A stretch of 50,759 nt of DNA, the filler included, from Streblomastix strix (lineage: Eukaryota), in assembly GCA_008636045.1 (NCBI GenBank). It is 3 parts of 3 records of this genome, joined end to end, with 100 filler letters (N's around TTAATTAATTAA, not from the genome) between each part and the next. Parts side by side here need not be neighbours in the genome. Positions count along the whole stretch, not along the records: positions 16,958 to 33,812 come from SNRW01000761.1; positions 33,913 to 50,759 come from SNRW01000762.1; 1 more part is not named here. One strand, written 5' to 3'. Shown here piece after piece: positions 22,745 through 36,791 of this stretch. How positions within the stretch are numbered: the stretch's first letter is position 1; each line of letters starts with the position of its first letter. The position numbers and the translations under genes are program-made. The notes below the pieces were generated by a model, which was not told where the DNA came from, searched no databases, and saw only the letters and a list, made by a program, of their open reading frames with translations.

Positions 22745-25700
22745 ATGATGTGGAACTACGCACAGGCCGCAACTGCGCATTTACAATTGTTGATTGCTTC
22801 CATCGACAGAACGAACCTGCGCGAGGTCGAAGATGAGATTAAAAATGTGTGTTGGATTGCTTTGAATCTATTTAATTACATATATTTTTATTTTATAGTT
22901 ATTAAGGATATCGAACCCAGAAATGTACATTTCTTATTTTGTGTCGCTGCTCGACTCCGTCGATATAACTCATGACACTGAGGATACTAATCCACGATTA
23001 ATACTTCTCAAAGAGGAGTTTTTCAGAGCTTTGAAACTGCCAAACTTCACTACTGTGATCCTCATGGTCATTAGATTTATTTGCCAGAGCAATACAGGGA
23101 AGCAGGAGCAAGTTTTGCATTTCCTGTTCAAGGTACTTATGAATGATAATGAGCAACGCGTACTTCTGCTGCTTGCATTGAGTTTTTCATTATAGAAGCC
23201 TGTTAGAGAATTTGGTATATAATCATTTATTAAACGTATTATTTTTTTAACATTTATTGTTTATTTTAACAGCGCGAAAGAATCTTGTAGATAATCTAGA
23301 CTCCATTAATAAACAAAAGCCCCAATTTTCTATAAGAACATAACGTCTTTTACTAATGTTTGTGCATCAACAGTCCATGTTAATACAATAGCAACAAGCA
23401 ATACAGTATGATGCACAAGAACGTGAGCGTGTAAAGCGAATACAGGCAGAGAGAATTGAATATTTGTAGTAAAGAGGTGCAGATAAATTAACTTTATAGA
23501 ATGAACAAATCAAATTGGGGAAATTGTTGAGCTTAGGACCAGTAGCTCAATTTTCTAGGTTTGTTATTGACATTGCATCTGACATGCATTTCAATTTGGA
23601 TCGAGCTAAAAGGATTCTTGAAAATCTGACTCCATTCTTTGACAAACGGAAGAATATATGTCTTCCTTAATCTGGAATATCAACTGCACATATAATTAAA
23701 GATCACTCAGATTAAACCAACAATATTTATTCCCAACTTGTGTGGAATCAGGAAAGAATGTCAAATCAAGGGAGAATTATATAGTAACGAATTCAGGAAT
23801 TAGAGAGAATGTATAACGAGGCCCAATAAAGATACAGTGAGTGTTGTAAAGTGATTAAACACTTTGATGCAGAAATGTAATCATAATAAATACCAGGATA
23901 AGTTAGAATAGACAATGAGAAAAGTACATAGGAATTGGAGATTGAAAAACATCAGAAAAGATTTATTGATGAAATTTCTCGTATTATTGAAGAATAGAAA
24001 CGATTAGATTCTGAGAAGCAAAAACTCTTAGAAGACAGACGCACCATCTAAAACGAGCAGAATAAACTATAAAGCCAACTTATTCAATATTTGACTGAGC
24101 AAGGCACTGGACATGCCCTTCTTAGTGTTCAAATCCCAGATGATGTAGTATAAGGAATGTATTCATTAGTGCCCATTGTTATATCTCCTCTTCTTAAATC
24201 TGGATCATTTGACTCACATTGGAGATTGAGCCCTGAATTAATTGATGAAGATGGGAAACGAGTTCTTCCTTTTCCTTATAAATAGTTGAATGAAGGATAG
24301 AATTAAAGTAATTCAATAGTTATATAAAGAAACCAAAAAATTAGTTTAACAGCATTACTTCCTGCTCATATGAATATAATCACACGTGTAATTGGACAAC
24401 ACTCATTGCGTGAGTTAATTGCATAGGAATATTCAGTAGGAATGATGCAAGCTCAATTACAGAATAAATTTAGTGTAGATATAAGTCCACATACCAGCAC
24501 AAACAGTCTATAATCTAATGTATCACTTAATGATCATTTGTCAGATTATTCTCTATCTGAAGAAGAAGTGATGCAGTTTCTTCCTAAAGATGCTGCTGAT
24601 CTCGATGAGATGTTTGTAGCCACTGCCATCACAGCTGCTGTAGACAAAGCATCAAAGAAATGCCATCCAGATGTGGCTAATTAAAGATAAGAGCTGAACA
24701 GAACAAGCAAAGTGGATAGTTTGTCTCAAGATATCAAAGTAGGAGTGAAATAATAGAAGAGATCTGAATTGAAGAATGAAAAAGAATTTGCATAGAATAG
24801 ATAGTCAGATGGAAATAATCAGAATGTTGCTTCTGAATTGGAAAAGAAACCAATTTATTGGACTTAGCTTCTGGAAGGAGGTTTGGAATCTATGAAATTT
24901 ATAGTAGCTAATCTGACACTAGTTTTGGCTTGTATAATTAAAAGACGTAGAGAATGGGTACATGAAAGAGAAAAGAAATAAATAACACCAACTGGATCCC
25001 AAAAGTTAATAAATAAGAGAGGTTTATTAAGCATTTCACTTATAGTTCGTGAATTGGACTAACCTGGATTCAGGGTGATGACACGATTTGAATTTGATCT
25101 TGTTATATATGCTATTGTTCTTATTAGAAGATTATGTGATTAAAATTATGGACTGATGAATTAGAATGAAAGAGAAAAAGAAAATTCTACTTAGAAAGAG
25201 AATGAAGATATAGATCTAAACCAACCCATTAATGTGTCAAAGATTGTATCAGACATTTCAGCCTAAGATGCATCATTACTTTTCCCAGTAGAGGAAGTTC
25301 TAACAGTCCATTCAAGAGCCATTCCAGCATCAGATGCAGCAATTGGAGAAATAATGAAGGTTAGACAGAGGGTCAAAGAGAAGAAAGAAAGGATTCAGAT
25401 TCAGGAGAAGGAAAGATTGAGAAGAAAAGAGAGAGAAAAAGAGATGGAGAAATAATCTGAGCAAATGAAATCGAAGTTGAGTTAAAAGTAGGACTTATAG
25501 ACACATTCTACATTAGTTGATGAGAAATCTGACTAAAATGGGAAGAAATAAATATTGAATAAATCATAGGATGGAAATTCTAACATAGATAGAGTGTCTT
25601 GTAGCACATCAAATGAACCAATCAAATCGAGCTATGATGCAGCATAATAATTATCCAGTCTCTCAAATTCAACCACATAATTACCTTTTATTCCTTCATA

Positions 25701-28700
25701 TTCAACTACATTTGCATCTCCAATCTTGGATGACATTGAAGAAGAATCTACAGAAGAAGAGCGTGCTGATAGTAGCAATGCTTAGGATGAAACCTTTGAT
25801 AGTCACGTAACTTCAAGTTCAGATGAAAAGATTGGATAAAAAATTGATGCAGAAATTAAACAAGCGATAAAGTAATAATCTATTTTCCCATAATAGAGTA
25901 AAGGTAAAATAAAATATGCGTCTCATCACTCTTCATTCCATTTCCCTAACATTTGGTAATCCAAGATTCCATTAGATCCAGCACGTTCATTCCAAGCGCT
26001 ATTATGGACCAATAGAATTGCACAACTATCTTTGATTGAAGGAATGATAGATGCTTCACTTAGACCCACTCCAACAATGCCCTGTTTCTGCACTTTCTCA
26101 CTTTCTAGGAGTATATAAGGAAAAGAAGAGAGATTGTATAAAGAGAGACAAGCTACAAATGTATCTGAAATGTTAATAGAAATGAATGATGAACCTTATA
26201 AGGATAAAATAAAAGAAATTGTTAATGAAGATGATTTTTTGAAAGATAAATAAGAAGATTTATTTGACAAGAGCGAGAAAGACTCATAAAATCAAAGTGT
26301 GACATCAATTGAGATTCTGAGTCAATAAGGTTAGATTCCATTCAAATATAAAACGCACTTCACAACAGTTGACACTCCAGATGTAATAATGGCAAATAAC
26401 AAGATTGAAGAGAAGAAAACAAAAGATGAAACAAATAAAGAAAATAAAGTAGGAGAAAATAAAAGCGATGTAATTAATGAGAAATAAGATATAGAAACAG
26501 TTAATGGAGGGAACTTAGGATAAGATAATGGGCAACAATAAGAAGGAGAGAAAGAATATCGAAGAATGTATTCTGTTTGGCGCATAATCGACTTATCTCG
26601 AACTCTTCTTGCACTGATTGACACCCGTGTTTGTTACGACCCAAGATCTAAAAATATTTCAATTCAAGAATAATAAATGAGCAGAAATTCAAGTATCTCA
26701 GCCTGGAGCATTAGCTCTGAAAAATAAAGAGGAGGTGACTCAATTAGTCCTTTATTCAATTAACTGAATGGTCTTTAAGTTCAAATATTGGATGAACAAA
26801 CTCCTGTTTAATAATAAAATTAATAGACTCAAATCTATAATCATTCTCCAATTCAAATTCATTAACCTTTCTAGCAAAATTCATAACAATAAATTATTTA
26901 AAATCATCAATTCAAGAAATCCAATTCATAGATAATAAACATTGAAGCTAATTATTAATCTACTGTTTAATAGCAACCCAGACCCCATGTTTAGATTTTA
27001 ACATCTGCTTCACCACTTCTTCCAACAGTAAGATTAATATTCAGAAGAGCTTTGGATGCAGTTCCTGATCTTCTTCTTATTGTTTTGGGATCAATTGTTG
27101 CATTTGGATCTGGTTTCCAGCAATAAACACAAATGGTGATGGACTTGACTGAGAATGTATTTATGGTTGAGAGCAAGAAAGGATATTTTGATCGGTCAGT
27201 CAAAGAAGAAAAAATAATTGCTCATAAATAAATAGAAGCAGAAAAAGAAGGAGAATAAGAAATTGAGATCCCAATTCCTCCTCCACCTGATGAATCTGCA
27301 GTTCTGATGGAGATGATCATTAAGTACCCAGGATATACTTGGTCTATGAGACTCCTGTAGTAGTTTATGAATAAATATATATCTACTATACAAAGATAGA
27401 TATAACATGGTATCCATCTTCATCATCATAAGAAGAAGGATGATAATATTATGCAATTTAGTGAGAATACACCACAATCATCTCCTTCTTATTAATAGCA
27501 TTAGTCAATTCGTCTTTTGAAATCAGCTTCAAAAAAGAATTTGTCTCATGCATTATAGCTTCAATTCAAACAAATACATCCTTCACCTTCGGAATCTCCA
27601 ATTTCTGATCATTTAATAAAGAATTAATAATCACCTTATCTTTTTAATAATCCATTTACATCTCATTTAGGTAGTAATAATAATAATACTGATTAATTAT
27701 TGTAATTAACAAATGTTAATAATTACATTGGAGGAAATAATCACTCCCCTTAAATGCATAATCATTTTTCTCCTTCAAATATTAATTTATAAGGATCAGT
27801 ACAAACATCTACACTGCCAATGTCTCAAATTCCAACATTGCCAATGTAAGTAATTCCTTCTCTTTCAGCTCCACAAATACAGAATTCAACTACCAAATCA
27901 ATATCAACTTCTTTTTCATACCAATAAACGCCTTCATTCATATCATCACTATCTCCATCTGCATTCTCTCTTCCAAATCCATCTTCCAGTCTTTATCTTC
28001 ACACATTTGCACAACTGATCATATCAAACTAATCAGCACCTTTATTGAGATTAGTGATGCTATTCTTGAATAGGGTCGGATTGTTGAATAAAATTGTGAA
28101 TTGCCGACCTTATTCAACGTCTATTTTTGCTGCTCTACTGGCATCTGCATCAGCAAAGCACCACAGAGAGAAGATTGCAGAAGCTTTAGCTTTCAACCTT
28201 AACTTAATTGAAAGATCTAAAGTACCACTTTAAAATGATCTGGAAGGTGATAATACAACCGTGAGTTTGAAAGAAAAAGATAAAAATGAAGATAAAACTT
28301 TTGATCTAAAGCAGAAACATAACACTTCATTAGATGGATCATTAAATCAACTTCATTAAAGTAGTAATAGTATTTCAAACAGTATGAATAACAGTACAAA
28401 CAGCATCAGATAAGATAACTCTCCATCATCTCAACTATTATCAAATACGCCCATGTCCAAGATTACATATCTTCCATCATTATCCTCATAATATTCTCCA
28501 AGATCGACAGCTTCTTCACTTTACGATTCTTTCTAACTGACTCCATTTACACAAAGCACGATTGGGTTTTATTATTCTGCACCACCATTTGTGTTGAATT
28601 TTGGGGATTGGGTGAATAGACAGATAAAAATAAACTCCAACGCATTTTTCACAGCTGTGATGAAATTATTTATTGAGAGGATTGTTCCTGTTGAGAGATT

Positions 28701-31700
28701 GATGTAATATGAAAAAGACTAAGTGAATGAGAAAGAGAAAGATAATTAGAAGGATAAAGATGGAGGGAAAGAATTAGGATTGAAAGAAGGAAATAAAACT
28801 TAGAGAAAATAACCATTCAATTCTGAATTTCTAAGAAATAATATGGAATTTGCTGTGATTAACTCACAAGATGAGAGAAGTGCACTTATTCATGCTGTCC
28901 TTGAGTATTTTAATGGGAATTATGTCGAAAATAAAACTGATAATAATGATAACACAAATCTTGAAAAGAATGAAAAGTAAGAGAAATAAACACTTTCCGA
29001 TTTGTTGTATGATCTCTTTCATTCAGAATTTAGTATTGTTGATTAAAAAAGCCACAATGAGAAATAAAATGAAAAGATGGATAAAGAAATAGAGAAAGAA
29101 TAGATAGAATAATAAGAACAAAAATAGAAAAATGAAATCAATATGATAGAATTGATAACATCTGAAGATATTCGTACACTATTTCAAATAATGAATGAAA
29201 GTGTTGATTTAATGTCAAATTACAATTATATCAAGTTTTGCAATTTGGCGAGCATGCTATTAACTGGAGATAATGAGCCTGGACATAGTGAAATATCTCA
29301 AGGTGAAGATGGTAAGTTCTTCTACAATCGTTAATATTCATCCTCATCCATGTCATCTCTAAACATGTCTCAATCATTATCTTTATAGTCATTATCTCAT
29401 GTTTCAACTCACTCGTATCATTCTTCTCAGAAATCTGCTTCAATATCTACGAATTCAAATTTGTTTTCATTGACCAACTCAAACATTGATGAATAATCTC
29501 CACTGTTTATTACACCTAAGAATTAAATTGGAAGTGGATATGAAGCAAATTATTAATTATAACAATAAATATAACAATAATAAATTCCATCTTTGCCAGT
29601 ACGTGAAAGTGGAGAAATAAACCGAAGCCAACTTCCAATTAAATAAAATAGTCCACCTCAATAACATTAGCAGTTCCTCCAATCACCTTATTTTTAATAA
29701 TCTTCATAACCATAGATTACATAATAATCTTCATTAAATTAATAATAACCCATAATCCAGACCCCGTCCACTTCAATTCAATAAAATTCACCTTCAGCTG
29801 CTAATCAATAATAAAGTCTGATTCATCATATATTGAATAAAATAGTTATTATATTCATGATTGATAGAGAAGAACATGCATCTAAAATGTCTGCATATTT
29901 CCCAACTACACAACCATTTTTCCCTCAGAACTTAGAAGGACAAGAGAATGAATTGAACTCTTATAAAGAGAATGAGAATTTAGCAGATAGAAGAGACATT
30001 AATGTGAAATCATAAGAAATTGATAAGGAAAAAGAAAGAGGTTAAACTTAGTAATAGTAATAATAATACTAGTATCAAATACGATAATAATAATTGTAAG
30101 CTTAGTAATTATATAAACAAAAAATTGAGGAAAATAAACAATAATAATAAAATCAACAAAATCAGAATTAATAACAATAAGATGATTCCACATATTTACT
30201 TGTGAAAGAAGAAAGAATAAATCAATTGCCTGAACTTGTAGTGATTTAGAATAGTTTGAATAATAATGAAATTTACAATATGAATGAAAACGAAATCAAT
30301 AAACTTGGTGTGGATAATAATTTGGAAAAAGATAAAGAGATAGATATTGTATAAGAAAGAGAAAAGTAGCTTTAATAAGAAAAAGAACGGAGATTGAATG
30401 AAATTCTTTAAGAAAAAGAGAAATTTGAATAAGAATTGGAAAAACTGAAATAATCAAAGAAAATACAACAATAATTAATATAAAGTCAAAAACAAGACAA
30501 AAAAGATGGGAAAGAAGCAAAAGATAAAAAAGAACCAAAAGAACTACCTGTACCAAAACAGCAATAAATGCAAATAATATTTTAACATTTCAGTGCTATA
30601 TAATCTGCAGTTGTTGGAAACAACATTATTTATAAAGAAATAATAAAGCCGTAGCGCTAGACATCAAAGAATAAGAAAAAGAAAAACTCTAAATTAAATT
30701 TATATTAGAACTTAAATGCTAATGCATAAGTTTAGGGGACTGAAGGAGAATAAGATGAAGAAGAGAAAATATTGAAAGATTTATTGTCTGATTAGTATTC
30801 AGAATAAGAAAAAACTGTGTTTTAGCAGATTAAAGGAGTCAATGAAGAGAAAGATATTAAAGAAGAAAAACAAAATTAAAGTGATTAATAATTAACAGAT
30901 CTGAAAAATGAAGATTCCAATGCAGCACAACCAGATCTATCAATTAAATAAACAATGAAGTGGAAGGACAGAAAGAAAGAAAAAGAGAAAAATAAAGAAA
31001 AAGAGAGAGAGAAAGAAAAAGAGAAAGAATTATAAATAGAAAAAGATAAAGAGAAAGAGAAGGAATATGAATTGGAGAAACTGAAAGAGAAAGAAAAGAT
31101 TTAAGAATAATACAACAAATTAAAATATATTAAGTAATTAATATTGGGAAGAGGATGGGGAGGTGTCAGTGTTGGAACTGCAAAATGTGATAAATAACAA
31201 AGTTTCAATTCAACACCTTAAACCACACCAACATTATCGTAAATGCCAAATACTTCAACAAGTGCTTCTAATACTCCAGTGATCCCAGCATTATAATCTG
31301 CTTTTGTATATACTCCATCTTAATCTTCATCATCTTAAACATAATAATAGTAATAGTAGCAGCCAGGATCAAATTAACATTCATTTTACTATGTGCCCCA
31401 ATCAAAATAGAGCTAAAGTGTAAGTTAGGCTTAAATATAATAAAATTAGTTGAATAATAAGGCAGGATTATTACCGTCATCATCTAAATTGAATGGAAAA
31501 GATGAATCTAAAGAGAAAGATAGTGAGAAAGAATAAAATCTATTAACTGAAAAAGAAAGAATAGAACAATCAAGTAGTGCAATTCTTGTAGATTATTTCT
31601 CAGGTAGATTGCATGGTGCTAATTTATTGAGATTGATGGAAAGAATAAAGAAGAAACAAAAAGATAGAGAAAAATAAATTATAATATAAAATTAAATTGA

Positions 31701-33812
31701 GAATAAGAAAAGATTAGAACAAGAAGATAATGAAAAAGATAAAGAAGAGAAAGAATTAAAAGAGAAAAAAGAAGAGGGAGAATCAAAAGAAGAAGAATTT
31801 TAAGACATATTCATATTTGATGAAGAAGATGATTAATGGGATAAAGAAGCAGAAGACGAACTTGTTTCTATTCTCTAAGGAACTAAAACAAATGTTGCAA
31901 ATATAGATGAGTAATCCAAATAGAAGAAAGAGATTGGAGATGAAAAAACACAAACATCATCCTCTACATCAAATCCAACTTCATCAATAACATAATAATA
32001 AACTAAACAATAGCAATTACAATCTCTCAAAGAACGCGCATCTCTTCTTGCAACTAAATCTTTGCTTAATTCAAATATTATTGATCATATTAGTGAATAA
32101 CTTATTGAAGAAATTGAAAATATTGAAGCATTTCCTTCTCATTTATCACTTATATTAGCAGCAACGTTACTGGGTGGAATGTTTGCAAAGTAATTATTAA
32201 GTGAATCGAGTGAAAAGAAATTATTGGCAAGAATATTAGTACTGCTTCAACTTGAATACGAAGAAAATAAAACTAATATGTCGAGCAGTAACTATAATAA
32301 TAAAGTCTATTTCGACTTTAGTGTTGCTTTCCTACAACGAGCCAAATTAAATCTGTACAAATTTCCAGAATTTTGTGAAATTCTTCTTTAATGCAAAAAA
32401 TTAGAAGATAATCAGCCAGTTTTGTACGGAATAATAAAAAAATAAATTGAAGAATTGAAAAAGAAAGAGGAGGAAGAAAGATAATAAGAAAGAGAAAGAT
32501 AAAAATATATTGAAGCATAGAAAGATAATGAAAGATAAAAATAAATATAATTGGAAAAAGAAAGAGAAAAATAAAACTCTATTTAAAGTGCTTTATAATA
32601 ACTTAAGCTTGAAATTACTTAAAGTAAGGAAGATGAAAATGAATTAGAACAGAAACTTGAAGAAAACGATGAGAATTAAAGCTTAATGTAAAGTGGATCA
32701 AAATCAAAGAGAAGGATTTAAGGAATTATTCATAATGAAGAAAGTCCGCTATTCAGTATAATAGAATAAGAGAAGGACAACGCAAATGACAACATGCAAA
32801 ATAGTGATATGAATAATCTTAATGCATTGCATAATGAAATTAATGTATAGAAAGGGAAAGAAATGGCAGAAATGAATAAATAAATATCACTTTTCACACC
32901 TATTCAATCTCAAGGATAATAACAACTTAATTTTGTAGATCATTCTCAATCTATATCCTCACTACGCACATTAACAACAATCACTTCTCAAGATGGTTGG
33001 TCAGATTCCAGATCTTCAATATCTGATTCTGTAAAAACGTCTCAGTCTACCTCAGTTTAATACTAAAGTTCTTAATCCGATTCATAAAAGAATAATTTAT
33101 CAGCTAGCTAAAATAATGAAGATATAACTTTGCAGCAGACATCTTAAATCCCATCTTAATAATCACTTCCAATCAATTAACTATAAAATAATAATTAATT
33201 ATAAAATCATAGTTTGAATTTAAAGACAACTCAATCATAATCATTACAATCAAGCGCTACATCTCAACCTACTTAATTATCTACAATAACAAATGATACT
33301 AATATAAACATAAATAATTCGATGCAATCATAATAATCTTAAAATAATTTGTCTGAAAGGTAATATTCAGCCGTTTTTCCTTAATCAATTGAACATGGCT
33401 CATCTGCATCCAATATTCAAACTCATTTATCTACAGTTTAAAGTATTGATTAAAATGAAACCAATGGAAATATAACTCCTTTGTCTGCACAGACTAAATA
33501 ACAACCTTAATCAGCATCACACTCATAACCACCAACTCCAGGTCCAAAATAACTTTCATTATCATAAACTCTGTTTTAATCAAATTCATCTTAACCTTCT
33601 ACTGCTACTTCAATTGCAAATTAAATAGCATCATAGATTGGAATAAATTCAAGAATTGGTATTAGTAGTTTGAATGGAATATCCATAGCAATATCTTCGT
33701 TATAATCGCCTCCTTAATAACATTTGTTAGATTTGTAAACAAATACTAATGCATCAAATTAATCATCATAATTATCTCTGTAGTAATAAGAACAGTAATC
33801 TCCTGCAGTGAA
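22745..33812 (+). CDS. CNOT1: CCR4-NOT scaffold subunit Not1/CNOT1-like, greatly expanded, 3'-partial
   Basis: Exons 22745-22846, 22899-23214 and 23273 to >33812. Ordered CNOT1-like blocks: HLQLLIASIDRTNLREVEDEIK, LWTNRIAQLSLIE, VWRIIDLSRTLL, AVPDLLLIVL, LNFGDWVNRQI, FPSHLSLILAATLLGGMF, AFLQRAKLNLYKFPEFCEIL. No stop was seen before the contig end. Confidence 0.8.
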
Positions 33813-33912
33813 NNNNNNNNNNNNNNNNNNNNNNNNNNNNNNNNNNNNNNNNNNNNTTAATTAATTAANNNNNNNNNNNNNNNNNNNNNNNNNNNNNNNN
33901 NNNNNNNNNNNN
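33813..33912. other. Artificial contig linker (N44-TTAATTAATTAA-N44)
   Basis: Same 100-nt structure as 16858-16957; oligo at 33857-33868. Confidence 0.98.
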
Positions 33913-35300
33913 CCATTTGAATTATGAGTTGGTGGAGTGATTGTCGATCTTTATTCCAATTGTGTAGTACCAACTAATTGGAATTTATTATAACTCCCTG
34001 TTTCAAGCAGATCAATACCAACATTCAAGAGTGAACAAGGTGATGATTAATTACCACATGGGAATGTTATCTTAGAAATATTACTCTATCCAACATATAT
34101 TGTAGAATCAGTTGGTGGTGTTCCTGGAGTTATATAATCACCAAGATATAGACTTCTATTTTCGTCTACATCTTCTGTATTACCTCTGAAAAATTCACCA
34201 ATCCTCAATAAAGGCATAAATTATTCATAATCTGCGAAATGAACTCCAAAGTGTGATTCTAATATAGTACTCTGAATTATACTTTCAGTTACCAGATACA
34301 TTGCATATCCTTCACTTGCTGAACACCCTTCATATTTTACTCCAGTGAATATGAAATCAGTTGCCCAAGGTGCACCATATGTATGTGTCTTTATATATAT
34401 TGCTCCTCCCTATGAGAAATCATGCTCTGTTCCACGTGGTCCAACATTTGAATTATAGAAGTAGCATATATTCAATCTTAGTTCTCCTCCTTAATATATC
34501 TCAACTGCAATTGATCCTCCATCTAAATCAGTATCATCTCTCTTATGTGATCTGGATCCATTAACTGTTACTATATCAAATGATATCAATGTCCCCCTGT
34601 GTATCTTTCCTCCAAGTACTGTTCCACCCAGACTGTCATTCTCTTCATCTCCTTCTACATTATACAGATTAGTGAAGTTAGAGTTACTGACTGTTATATC
34701 ACTGCCCATTGATGATCTGAATACATGCCCAATGTTAAAGTATGCGTTGTCTACATATGTATATTAGAAGTTGATATGACCATTTTCCTATGAAAACAGT
34801 AATGATCCACTTAGTTTCAATGCTCTTTCACTCAAGAATCCTTCAGCATAATCAATATAACTGTAATTAAAGTTCACAAATGCATTATGTCCTTTTACAA
34901 GAGCTATGGCAGTGTGTTAGTTGGCCCAATTATTATCAACAAAAACTGTTATATTCATCTGGTATAATGTAGTAGCACTATTATCATATGCTCTTATCCA
35001 ATATTTGAAATCGGGGCTGCTACTTGATATTATTCTTACACGAGGATATGCATAACCCATAGTCACGTTGCTAACTGTCCGGTCAAATCCATATGTTTCA
35101 TCATATGTCTGCATCAGCTCAAACACAATAGAATCGCTACCTGGTATCTATGAAAGGCGTGAAAGCGAATATCCCACTGTCTTGCACTGCGTATTATCCT
35201 GCTTTACACCGCATCCAGCAACGTCCGATCCTCGAGGAGATACATATATTGTCGCCGCACTAACGAAATGTGCAAAGAACAAAAAGAGCACCAATCTCAT
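33913..35300 (-). CDS. Secreted/surface protein with pectin-lyase-like beta-helix character (mirror copy; 3' partial)
   Basis: Reverse complement of 49372-50759. Confidence 0.55.
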
Positions 35301-36791
35301 CTTGTTGAATATCCTATTAAATATACATATGAATATTAGATAAAATATATTATGAATAAATATTAACTACAATGTTTAATTTGAATAAATTAAAAGGAAA
35401 ATAAGAAAGATATAAAATAAAAATGACTTATTATGGCATATTTATAATAAATAACATTGATTTTGTTATAAATTAATAAAATGAGATAATTTTTTTTTAA
35501 AAAAATATAATTAAATATAAATAAATAAAGAAATATTAAAATTAAAAAATTATAATTAAGATTTTTAAGATATATAAAATAATATTAATTTAAAAAATAT
35601 AAAATTTTGAATAACTATTAAAAGTAAGTATAATTTAATTAAATAAAAATAAAAGTAAGATTAAATTCGTTAGAAAAATGAATTAAAATTTTTAGAAAAA
35701 TTAAATTGATTTTAACTTTTGATAACGTTAAAAGATACTAGTATTTATAATAAAATAATTTATAAATAAAAAATAGCTTGTATTAATAATATCTAAAACA
35801 ATTATTTGAAATAAGTATCTAGTAAAAATTCAATAGTTTAATCAAAAATAGAATTTTCATTTTTTCTAGAATAGTATTAAAAAAATTCTATTTTTATTTT
35901 CTTCCATCCATAATTTGCAATAGCTGACATACATTTTCAGAACAGTATGTAGCCAAAAAAATCCGATTTTTTTTGTCATAACCTTACCAATTTAATTATT
36001 TTTACACCAGCATAAATCAAGTTTGTTTATTGGATTTTATCTATTTCGGCTTAGGTTCAAATCCAGGTCAAGTAATATTTTTCTTTCATCTTTTTAAATT
36101 AGTTTTTTAAATAAATTTTATAAATAAAAAAAATATAATTATCATCATTAAAGAAATGTGAACTAAAATTTAAAATTAAATATTTTAATTCAAAGTTTTG
36201 AACTTCGATATATTTGGAATATTATTGGTTCAACTAAAAATAATTTTACGCAAAATTGACAAAAAATAAATTAAACAACTATAGTAGGTATTTTATTGCA
36301 ATTATTCGAATTTTTTATGATTTTGTAGAAAAAAATGTTTAACTTCCAATTTTCATTGGAAAAATTCCAATACATATAAATGAATAAGATATTCATGATG
36401 CTATTATTATTTATTGAGAAATAATACATAACAATATACATCAAAACCGTGATAAAAGAAGAAAATAATGTTTTAGATTTGTTCAATTCAAATCTACTAA
36501 CGTACCTGAATATTTTCTTAAATGGTTTAATTTCGATAAAATTGTATACATTATATTTTATTTTCATATAATTTAATTATTATAAAAACCATAATTAAAT
36601 AAATATTTTGAAAATCAAATTATCGATTATTAATTTGATATTTATTTTATTACGTTATTAATGAATTTATTTTTTATTTTTTTTCTTGTGATTTATATAT
36701 ATATTATTAATTAGTAACAATTTAAATCAAGCTAACATATACATATAATAAATAAAAAAAAATAACAAAAACACTCTTAATTTAAAAATTA

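Noticed and set aside
36040..36075. tRNA gene around GGTTCAAATCC (B-box/T-loop-like; mirror at about 48597-48632)
   Set aside because: The T-stem is mismatched and I could not build acceptor, D or anticodon stems. At most a decayed remnant; tRNAscan-SE would settle it.
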